NCBI GenBank assembly: GCA_000993535.1
Contig: LBWG01000001.1
Coordinates: 22,442-86,441 of the forward strand
Source: Candidatus Uhrbacteria bacterium GW2011_GWF2_39_13
GTDB lineage: Bacteria > Patescibacteriota > Patescibacteriia > UBA9934 > GWF2-40-263
Direction: 5' to 3'
DNA: 64,000 bases
Shown: positions 56,347-64,000 of the stretch, one piece after another
How the letters are laid out: the number at the start of each line of letters is the position of its first letter
Numbering within the stretch: the stretch's first letter is position 1
Made by a program: the position numbers and the translations under genes
Notes under the pieces: model-generated
Told to the model about the DNA's origin: nothing
Databases searched by the model: none
Seen by the model: only the letters and a program-made list of their open reading frames with translations

Positions 56347-58185
56347 ATGTCACTAAAAGAAGAACTAAAAAAAGGAGTCGCATGTGACAGCGTTGGTAAA
56401 CCGCATTCTATTCTTGGACGTGCTGTGTGTTTATCTATTCATCCAGGGAAAATGCTTATTTTCCCTTTTTTACACTGGTTTGAAAAACGCTATAAAGGGA
56501 AAGTAAAATTTGCACGACTTCTTTTTGCCTTCGATCTCCTCCTGATCGGAACCGCTTTAGGCATTGGAGCAATGGCTGTGTCCTTTAGTTTCTTCCATTC
56601 ATCAACAAACTTTGAAGATCGGATTCTTTTTGAAGCGAGTGTCGCTCCCAAAGAGATCAAGACAGGGGCAACCTCTACCCTGATCATTCACTATACCAAT
56701 GGAACAAAGGAGGATCTCTCTCATGCTCAACTGAACCTTTCTTTTCCTGATGATTTTCTTCTGCAAGAACTCTCAACAAACGACACAGAACTTACACAAC
56801 AGTCTATTGATCTTGGAACGATTCCTGCGGGAAGTTCCGGTTCAATCAAAATACGAGGAGTAATGTTTGGCGCAGTCGGAGGTGAACAAACGTTTACCAG
56901 TACCCTGAGCTTTATTCACGGAAAAAACCAAGATATAGCGAGCGAAAAAAGAAGTGTTTACACGTTCTCTCCAAGTTCATCCAATCTTTCCCTTTCTCTT
57001 TCTCTTCCAGATCAGCTTGTCGCTTTTCAAGAAATAGAAGGCACTATACGTTACATTAATACGGGCGATATTGATTTCCCCATGATTAGCATTGAACCTA
57101 AGTGGCCTGAAGATTTCCGTTTCACTTCCTCTTCCAGTCCACTAACCAACGAAGTCTTTATTCTTCCACCTCTGCAAAAAGGAACCAGTGGGGAGCTTAC
57201 GTTTACTGGATATCTTGATAACACAAAAGAAGAAATACCCTTTTCTTTTCTCCCATCCTTTATTTTTAAAACAAACAGTTACCCGCAAGACACTCTCAAT
57301 CACATAGCTCTGGTTGTCCCGCCACAAATCCGTGTAGAGCAAACAGTAGAAAAAAAGAGCGCACGACCAGGATCTGAGACGATTTTTACCTTACGTTATC
57401 AAAATACAGGAGAATTTCCGGTTTCAGATCTTGTTCTTTCCATTGAATCAGAGAGTCCTTTCTTTCAAAAAGAATCTTATTCCTCTGCATCTATTCCCTC
57501 TGTGGCACCAAATGAAGCAGGAGAAATCACTCTCTCTATTCCTCTGCGATCTTACATTCTCTTAAGTGAAACGGATGTCTATGAACACTTAACGCTCACA
57601 ACACGAGCTGTAGCAACCTACACCCTTGGAGATAAAGCAAACGGACAACGAGTCACTTCCAAAAGCTCTTCTATCACAACGCCGCTAATAACCCCTGTCA
57701 TTTTAGAATCTTTTGGACGATATGCCACAGCCGGCGGTGACCAAATAGGACGAGGTCCCTTGCCTCCTCGCATAGGAGAAGAAACCACTTATTGGATTTT
57801 TTGGCATGTGGAAGGAACATTTAATGAACTGGAGAATGTACGTATCGAAGGAACATTGGGTAATCAAGTCGTTTATACAGGACGTATAAGTTCTTCACAA
57901 AATGGTGGGACAACCTACGATACCAAAACCAATACCGTCTCTTGGCAAACAGATCTCATAAAACCGACATTTTCCCCCACAAGTAAAATTATCGGAGTCG
58001 CTTTTGAAGTAGGCCTCACCCCTGATGCCTCCATGGTAGGAATCGTTCCTGTTCTCGTGTCCAATATCCATATCACAGGAACAGATAAAAATACCGGAGC
58101 CTTTGTAAGCGCCTCGGGTAAGGTTGTGACAACAAATCTCCCAGATGACCTGATGGCCGCAGGGAAATCTAGTGTTGAAGATTAG
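56347..58185 (+). CDS. Membrane-anchored protein with Ig-like (DUF11-type) domains
   Basis: Single TM; repeated Y.N.G Ig-strand motifs; GPLPPRIGEETTYWIFW, typical of a CPR family. Confidence 0.7.
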   Translation: MSLKEELKKGVACDSVGKPHSILGRAVCLSIHPGKMLIFPFLHWFEKRYKGKVKFARLLFAFDLLLIGTALGIGAMAVSFSFFHSSTNFEDRILFEASVAPKEIKTGATSTLIIHYTNGTKEDLSHAQLNLSFPDDFLLQELSTNDTELTQQSIDLGTIPAGSSGSIKIRGVMFGAVGGEQTFTSTLSFIHGKNQDIASEKRSVYTFSPSSSNLSLSLSLPDQLVAFQEIEGTIRYINTGDIDFPMISIEPKWPEDFRFTSSSSPLTNEVFILPPLQKGTSGELTFTGYLDNTKEEIPFSFLPSFIFKTNSYPQDTLNHIALVVPPQIRVEQTVEKKSARPGSETIFTLRYQNTGEFPVSDLVLSIESESPFFQKESYSSASIPSVAPNEAGEITLSIPLRSYILLSETDVYEHLTLTTRAVATYTLGDKANGQRVTSKSSSITTPLITPVILESFGRYATAGGDQIGRGPLPPRIGEETTYWIFWHVEGTFNELENVRIEGTLGNQVVYTGRISSSQNGGTTYDTKTNTVSWQTDLIKPTFSPTSKIIGVAFEVGLTPDASMVGIVPVLVSNIHITGTDKNTGAFVSASGKVVTTNLPDDLMAAGKSSVED

Positions 58186-58241
58186 GAGAAGAGAAAACCC
58201 TTTATTTTAAGGGGAAAAAACAGTTTTTTGATGATCAATCA

Positions 58242-58270
58242 TTGACAAAATGCCCATTTTTTGGTATTAT
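58242..58270 (+). promoter_or_regulatory. Sigma70-type promoter, probably giving a leaderless transcript
   Basis: TTGACA-17bp-TATTAT with extended -10 TG; ATG 8 nt downstream; no SD. Confidence 0.65.
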
Positions 58271-58278
58271 CTGGTGTT

Positions 58279-59457
58279 ATGAAAATAGCCATGATTGGAC
58301 AAAAAGGAATTCCAGCTCGCTCAGGTGGTATTGAACGACATGTGGAGGAACTCTCCATAGAGCTGGCCGCACGTGGACATGAAGTCCTTGTATTTTGTCG
58401 TGCCTGGTACGCGTGGCCTGTTCGAGATTACAAGGGTGTTCGCTGTATCAAAACCCATTCCATCGCCACAAAACACTTGGACACGATTACACACACTTTT
58501 CTTTCTATTTTAAAAGCCGTTCAGGAAAAAGTAGATATTTTTCATTTTCATGGAGTAGGCCCATCGCTTCTCTCGTGGATTCCGAAACTCTTACGTCCAT
58601 CGGCTAAAATCGTTGTTACATTCCATTGTATCGATCGTCACCATAAAAAATGGGGATTTATAGCTCGCACAATGCTCCAAATAGGAGAACGTATCGCTTG
58701 TCATATTCCTCATGCCACTATTGCTGTTTCAAAAACACTTGAAACGTATTGTCGACTTTCTTATGGAACGACAGCTAAATACATTCCAAATGGAACACAA
58801 ATCCTCTTAGAGGATTCCGACCCAGATCTCTTGAAACCGTTTGATCTGAATCCTGGAAATTATCTGATGATGTGTTCCCGACTCGTGCCTCATAAAGGAG
58901 TTCACACGCTCATCAACGCATGGAAACAGCTGAAACAAACAAATCCAGAACTCCTAAAAAACAAAAAATTAGCGATTGTGGGTGGAAGTGCTTTTACAGA
59001 AAGCTATGTGAAAGAACTACATAAATTGGCTGAAAACGAACCATCTATTATTCTCACAGGAAATCAGTCTGGAAACACACTCCACAGTCTGTTTGCAAAC
59101 AGTTACGCGATTATTCACCCTTCTGAATCAGAAGGACTGCCCATTGCGATCTTAGAAGCGATGAGTTATGGAAAATGCGTGCTTTCCTCTGATATTCCTG
59201 AAAATCGAGAGCTCACGCAAGATCATGGGATGACGTTTAGAACAAACGATGAAAAAGATCTGAAAGAAAAACTCGCCATGCTGATTGAAAATCCAAACCT
59301 AGTCAAAGCCGTGGGACAAGAAGCGCGATTGCATGTGGCAAAACAGTACGACTGGAAAGATATTGCCGAAACCACAGAATATCTCTACGAATTGCTCTGG
59401 CTTGAACCGGAACTGACAAAACAACACATTTACAAAACAAAAACCTCGCTTCAATAA
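58279..59457 (+). CDS. GT4 family glycosyltransferase
   Basis: MKIAMIGQKGIPARSGGIE, RLVPHKG, PSESEGLPIAILEAM. Confidence 0.9.
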   Translation: MKIAMIGQKGIPARSGGIERHVEELSIELAARGHEVLVFCRAWYAWPVRDYKGVRCIKTHSIATKHLDTITHTFLSILKAVQEKVDIFHFHGVGPSLLSWIPKLLRPSAKIVVTFHCIDRHHKKWGFIARTMLQIGERIACHIPHATIAVSKTLETYCRLSYGTTAKYIPNGTQILLEDSDPDLLKPFDLNPGNYLMMCSRLVPHKGVHTLINAWKQLKQTNPELLKNKKLAIVGGSAFTESYVKELHKLAENEPSIILTGNQSGNTLHSLFANSYAIIHPSESEGLPIAILEAMSYGKCVLSSDIPENRELTQDHGMTFRTNDEKDLKEKLAMLIENPNLVKAVGQEARLHVAKQYDWKDIAETTEYLYELLWLEPELTKQHIYKTKTSLQ

Positions 59458-59477
59458 AGAAGCGAGGTTTTTGTTTT
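59434..59477. terminator. Bidirectional terminator between convergent GT4 genes
   Basis: AAAACAAAAACCTCGCTTC-AATAAA-GAAGCGAGGTTTTTGTTTT. Confidence 0.75.
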
Positions 59478-59493
59478 ACTCACCTTCTCTTAT

Positions 59494-60726
59494 TTATTTA
59501 CGAATAACCTCTTCGTAAACTTTCATGAGTCTTTGATAGTGCTCCTTTAACGAAAATTTATACTCAACCGTCAATCGCGCAGCTCGAGCCAATGAGAGTC
59601 TGAAATCCTCATCATAGGTAAGACGCATGATCGCCTCTACCCAGCCATGCAGATCAGCTGGATCTACCAAAAGCCCATTTACTCGGTCTTCCACAATTTC
59701 AGGGACTCCTCCCACATGGGAAGCAATCACGGGTTTGCCTAAGGCCATAGCCTCCAACAGAATAAGCGGAAAATTCTCCTGCACGCGAGAAGTGAGAACA
59801 ACGGCGCGAGCCCCACGATAGAGCTCCGCAAGTTCCTCACCCATGCGGAATCCGACAAATTCAATATTTTTTAATCCATCTGCCAGCAGATGCAGACGCT
59901 CCATTTCAGGTCCCCGACCGACAATTTTAAACACGATATCAGGGATCAGCTTTGCCGCTCGAATAATGGTTTCAATCCCCTTTTCTTCACTTAAACGTCC
60001 GACAAACAAAATGTATCCATCATGATCGTAGCGAGGTTTAATCAATTTACAATCAATACCATACGGATTCACACAAATTTTGTGTTGCGGAAACCCACCG
60101 GCAATCAGTTGACGCTTCATGTACGCAGACGGACAGATAAACACATCAACCCCTCGTTCATACATCATCAAAGAGCGATGAAACTTGTACACGGCGACCT
60201 GGGCAAAGCTTCCCAAAAAAGATTGCTTGTGAAACCGCACCAAAGTCCCTCGAAGAATGCCAGCATGGCGATAATCCTGACCGCAGCCTGGAGCCCAAAT
60301 ATTGTACTGAGGTGAAATAAGATGATGGTCATGAACCGTCATCACCACAGGCACATGTTGATCTTTGAGCGTGTCCAGAATGGACGGTGAAATTTGGGTA
60401 TAGATGCTATGAATATGACAAAGATCTGGATTGGTTGAAGAGATAAGCGTTGCCAGCCTTCTGCGCGCCTCTAAAGAATATGTCATTCGACCAAGCGTGC
60501 GTAAACGTTCCCATAGACCTCTCCATCCTCCTGGAAATTCTTCTTTTTGTGTTTTTATCTGACTCACAAAAAAATCTGAAAAGGGAGTCTGCTCATTATC
60601 AGGATGGGTCATGGAAAATGGAATGACCTGGTGCTGTTGTGATTCAAGCCAATGCGAAAGCTCGAACAAATAACGCTCTGCCCCGCTTTTAAGGGTATAA
60701 AATTTATTGGCTTGGATGATCTTCAT
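59494..60726 (-). CDS. GT4 family glycosyltransferase
   Basis: KSGAERY, FVGRLSEEKG, ENFPLILLEAM, SHVGGVPE. Confidence 0.9.
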   Translation of the reverse strand: MKIIQANKFYTLKSGAERYLFELSHWLESQQHQVIPFSMTHPDNEQTPFSDFFVSQIKTQKEEFPGGWRGLWERLRTLGRMTYSLEARRRLATLISSTNPDLCHIHSIYTQISPSILDTLKDQHVPVVMTVHDHHLISPQYNIWAPGCGQDYRHAGILRGTLVRFHKQSFLGSFAQVAVYKFHRSLMMYERGVDVFICPSAYMKRQLIAGGFPQHKICVNPYGIDCKLIKPRYDHDGYILFVGRLSEEKGIETIIRAAKLIPDIVFKIVGRGPEMERLHLLADGLKNIEFVGFRMGEELAELYRGARAVVLTSRVQENFPLILLEAMALGKPVIASHVGGVPEIVEDRVNGLLVDPADLHGWVEAIMRLTYDEDFRLSLARAARLTVEYKFSLKEHYQRLMKVYEEVIRK

Positions 60727-62252
60727 ACGCGTTGTGTTTTTTCTTGGGCGAGCACATAGACGAATCCGGCATACAGCCAGACATAAAAGGCACTGGTACG
60801 AATTTCAAAAAAGGTTGAAGTGAAAGCATTAAAAGCCACTCCAATAAAAATTCCACACATTCCCATGGCCAAAGAACGCACAAAAGGATCTTTATGCGTT
60901 CGAGCGACATTCAACGCATAGAAAAAAAATCCAATATACATCCAAAGGTAAAAAAACATTCCTAGCGTTCCAGTCTCACCCCATAACGAAAACCAATTGT
61001 TATCAATATACCCTTCTGTCCCATACACTCCAAACGGGAGACCCAACTCTTCATACACCTTGGTATTGTGCAACGCCGCTGCAGCGCCCCCGCCGAATTG
61101 TCCCGGACCAAATCCTAATAATGGAGAAGCAACAACCACCTGCATCGGGGTTTGGATATACCAAAAAACGCGTCCTAATCCATAGTATTCCCCACGCCAG
61201 CGCGCCAAACTAAAACTCTCAAAAAAACGTTCGGAAAGCGTTTGCCCAGGCATTTCTGTAATCAGACCTACGTTGAGCCCAGACACGCTCAGGAGCAGGA
61301 ACAAAGAAAGAACAAAGCTTGCTAATCCAATGAAAACCCGACGGTCTTTCTTTAAAAAAAGACCGATAAATAAAAATCCTAACAAAAATCCAAACCAAGA
61401 AGAACGCGAGTAAGTTAAAACAAGCGTAGGAATGCCAAGAATAAAAAGCCAAATCAACCAAGGATATTTACGATACCATTCTTTGGTAAACAACATTCCG
61501 GTAGCAATCAATAAAATAAGATAGAGAAAATTTCCAAGCCGATCATAACGGCCCAGCGTTCCAAACACCCGAGAACCAGGATCCCAAAACTGCTCCACGC
61601 CCTCGGTTAACGTGATACTTCCCAACGTGCGCTCTTGAGAAGGCAGGAGGAATTGATCCAATGGTTCTCCTACAAAAGATTGCGCCCAACCCAACACGCA
61701 TTGAAAAACCAAAATGCCAAAGAGGATCCAGGTGAGTTTTCGAATAAACGCTTTGCTTGGTTTAATAAACGCAACCAAAAAAAAGAGAATCATGAATCTC
61801 AAGATCTGTCGCAGTCCCAAAATGGCGATAGTCGGTGAAACAAAGTTAACAAGGGATGATGCCAGCAAGACAAGCACGAATAAGAAAAAAGGGAGATCAA
61901 AAGGGGTTTGATGGTACTGTTTTTTTCCAGATAAAAAAGAAAAAACAACGACACCGGCAACCAGATAAATCAATAATTCTGATCCATAACGAGCAAAAAG
62001 ATACACTTCGTCTGGAACAAACTTTAATAAAACAGATTCAAAAGGAAGATAAACCGCAAGAATTCCCAATGTGATTTCGGGACGAACAAACGACACAATG
62101 ATAAGACAGACTCCAATGACTCCCGACAAAACAAGGGCGGGAGAAAAAAAGGATTGGAGAAGAATAAGAAACCCAAGGAGCAGGAAGAGGAACACGACAG
62201 CCAACGCCGTATGCTCTTCTGCACGTCTATAAACCGCGCGCAGATTGATCAC
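60723..62252 (-). CDS. O-antigen ligase / Wzy_C family membrane protein
   Basis: About 12 TMs; RVFGT, LTYSRSSW, GFGPGQF, IDNNW..LWGETG.LG. Confidence 0.82.
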   Translation of the reverse strand: MINLRAVYRRAEEHTALAVVFLFLLLGFLILLQSFFSPALVLSGVIGVCLIIVSFVRPEITLGILAVYLPFESVLLKFVPDEVYLFARYGSELLIYLVAGVVVFSFLSGKKQYHQTPFDLPFFLFVLVLLASSLVNFVSPTIAILGLRQILRFMILFFLVAFIKPSKAFIRKLTWILFGILVFQCVLGWAQSFVGEPLDQFLLPSQERTLGSITLTEGVEQFWDPGSRVFGTLGRYDRLGNFLYLILLIATGMLFTKEWYRKYPWLIWLFILGIPTLVLTYSRSSWFGFLLGFLFIGLFLKKDRRVFIGLASFVLSLFLLLSVSGLNVGLITEMPGQTLSERFFESFSLARWRGEYYGLGRVFWYIQTPMQVVVASPLLGFGPGQFGGGAAAALHNTKVYEELGLPFGVYGTEGYIDNNWFSLWGETGTLGMFFYLWMYIGFFFYALNVARTHKDPFVRSLAMGMCGIFIGVAFNAFTSTFFEIRTSAFYVWLYAGFVYVLAQEKTQRV

Positions 62253-62332
62253 ATAGGGTTATTGTAACACAAGCATCAAGTTGAAAATAAAAAACCGTGT
62301 AGTGATTGTAAACCATTACACGGTCGTCGTTG

Positions 62333-64000
62333 TTAGAAGGAACACTCCTGAGGCGCGTTGTCGCGCACCAGGACAGCGGAGCAGAAACCGGTCTCGGGAT
62401 CGTTCCACGTCAGCAGATCTGCTTCCGTGTAGACTTCTCCCGCAAACCAGAGATCGATCAGCACCTGATCATCATCCAGATCTGCACACATGGCGGAAGA
62501 CATGGGGTCTCCTAACAGAACATCCAGTCGCACGCCGCAATATGCGCTTAGGTCACCATAGGCACTGGTCTTGAACTCAAGTCCAATATCCGTACTTACG
62601 AAGTTGATGGAAAGGCTCCAAACTTGATCGTCCAACTGGCTGGCGGTACCAAACAGCTGCGCGCGCAGAGTGCGTGACTGTGCCACGTCATATGACACGT
62701 CGATCACGACCTGCCAGTCTTCATCAATGCCGACATCACAATCGTTATCCAGATCGTCGAAAATCTCGCTGGCACCCGGATGAATCGATGTGGAAGCATC
62801 ATTGCAATCATCCTTGTTGTCCACCAAATCCCCAGAGGAACCTTGGCACACAACATCGATCGCTGATCCTGATCCGTACCCATCGCCATCACGGTCCAGG
62901 TACCACTTGGTGGACAAGTTTTCATCCTTGACCCCGTCGCAGTCGTTATCTAGACCATCGCAGACTTCTGGACCGTTGGGGTAAATGAGTTTGTTCGTAT
63001 CGTCACAATCCGTAGCGTCGGCCACATACTCATCGGGCTTGGTACAAGAAACGAATGCAGCGGCACGGTTGCCGTAGCCGTCCATATCCCCATCCAGATA
63101 CCACATCTGAGCATCCGCACTCGAATCCGGATCTATCCGATCATCACAATTGTTGTCAATTCCATCACAGACTTCATCTGCTTCCGGATGAACGTCGTCA
63201 TTCTGATCATCACAATCTGTATCATTTCCCACATAACCTACCAGATTCTGGCACGTCACGCGGAAGGATTCAGCATTGCCATACCCATCACCATCCTCAT
63301 CTGCATACAAGGTCGGAGCGCCCACGCTCGTGTCCGGATCAACCACGCTGTCGCAGTTGTTGTCCAGACCATCGCAGGTTTCCGTGGCAGAAGGATTGAT
63401 ACCGTCGTAAGTGTCATCGCAATCGGTAGCATTTGAAACGTATCCATCAGGCTTGGAACAAGACACGTCCGTATAACCGACCGCACCGTATCCATCGCCG
63501 TCTTGATCGTGATACCAGACCGAGGCATCCAAACTCGTGTCCGGATCAACCTCGCCGCTGCAGTCATCATCGATTCCATTGCAGGTCTCGGAAGCCCCTG
63601 GATGGACACCTGGGTTCTGATCGTTGCAGTCGCTGGCATTGTCCACCAGATTCCCCTTGGACCCATTGCACACGACATCGATCTTAGCTCCGCTGCCAAA
63701 CGAATCACCATCGGCATCCACGTACCAAGCAGAAGACAGATTTTCATCCGTGCTGCCATCGCAATCGTTATCGCTCCCATCGCAGGACTCGGGAGCTCCT
63801 GGGAACGACAGGCTGTCTTGATCGTTGCAGTCGGTATCCGTTGCCACATACCCTTCGGGCTGCGTACAGGAAGTCGCCATCACGTCTTTATCGCCATACC
63901 CATCTTCATCCACATCCACGAACCACTTGAGCACATCCACTGACTCGTCCGTATCCATGAGCATGTCGCAGTTGTTATCGATCCCATCGCACAGCTCGTT
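62333..64000 (-). CDS. Cys/Asp-rich repeat protein (MopE-related putative metal-binding repeats), 5' end outside the window
   Basis: Tandem units W(Y/F).D.DGDG(Y/F)G...C....YV....DC.D....(H/N)PGA.E.CDG.DN.CD; frame open to 64000. Confidence 0.85.
   Translation of the reverse strand, partial: NELCDGIDNNCDMLMDTDESVDVLKWFVDVDEDGYGDKDVMATSCTQPEGYVATDTDCNDQDSLSFPGAPESCDGSDNDCDGSTDENLSSAWYVDADGDSFGSGAKIDVVCNGSKGNLVDNASDCNDQNPGVHPGASETCNGIDDDCSGEVDPDTSLDASVWYHDQDGDGYGAVGYTDVSCSKPDGYVSNATDCDDTYDGINPSATETCDGLDNNCDSVVDPDTSVGAPTLYADEDGDGYGNAESFRVTCQNLVGYVGNDTDCDDQNDDVHPEADEVCDGIDNNCDDRIDPDSSADAQMWYLDGDMDGYGNRAAAFVSCTKPDEYVADATDCDDTNKLIYPNGPEVCDGLDNDCDGVKDENLSTKWYLDRDGDGYGSGSAIDVVCQGSSGDLVDNKDDCNDASTSIHPGASEIFDDLDNDCDVGIDEDWQVVIDVSYDVAQSRTLRAQLFGTASQLDDQVWSLSINFVSTDIGLEFKTSAYGDLSAYCGVRLDVLLGDPMSSAMCADLDDDQVLIDLWFAGEVYTEADLLTWNDPETGFCSAVLVRDNAPQECSF

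Noticed and set aside
1-64000. CRISPR array or cas genes
   Set aside because: No regularly spaced direct repeats with unique spacers and no Cas motifs. The repeats seen are palindromic insertions or protein-coding repeats.
1-64000. Alternative genetic code (TGA = Gly or Trp)
   Set aside because: Genes are full length under code 11, and several end at TGA at natural boundaries (LCP, pth, dprA, sod).

Overview
About 64 kb of gene-dense, low-GC bacterial chromosome using the standard genetic code (TGA acts as a stop). The gene content and style most resemble a Patescibacteria/CPR (Parcubacteria-like) genome; this is an inference, based on DUF5667 anti-sigma plus ECF sigma beside a large surface protein, DUF5671, DUF378, a short Rel enzyme and many apparently leaderless genes. 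0-21 kb is mostly housekeeping: hisS, lepB, tRNA-Val(CAC), an LCP protein, der-pth-dprA-topA, rel, parAB, recO, pyrG, rplI, pgi and an RRM protein. Two MITE/REP-like palindromic insertions also lie here. 21-36 kb is accessory: a co-oriented cluster of a J-domain protein, three unknown proteins and an atypical FtsH; an RLAN-RimK ATP-grasp / glutamate-cysteine ligase / Fe-SOD operon; an orphan gene resembling a DGR (diversity-generating retroelement) target; a two-component system; and an asparaginase. 36-64 kb is a cell-envelope region: glycosyltransferases with an inserted Zn-knuckle nucleotidyltransferase, two S8 proteases and a putative glycoside hydrolase sharing an FG-GAP-like tail, a 1245-aa S-layer-like protein with a structured leader, an O-antigen ligase-like protein, and a truncated Cys/Asp-repeat (MopE-type) protein. 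No CRISPR array, rRNA, transposase, integrase or reverse transcriptase was seen. The best leads for new biology are the J-domain/FtsH cluster with its boxA-like leader, the DGR-like target, and the RimK/GCS2/SOD module. All family assignments come from motif recognition by eye, not from database searches.
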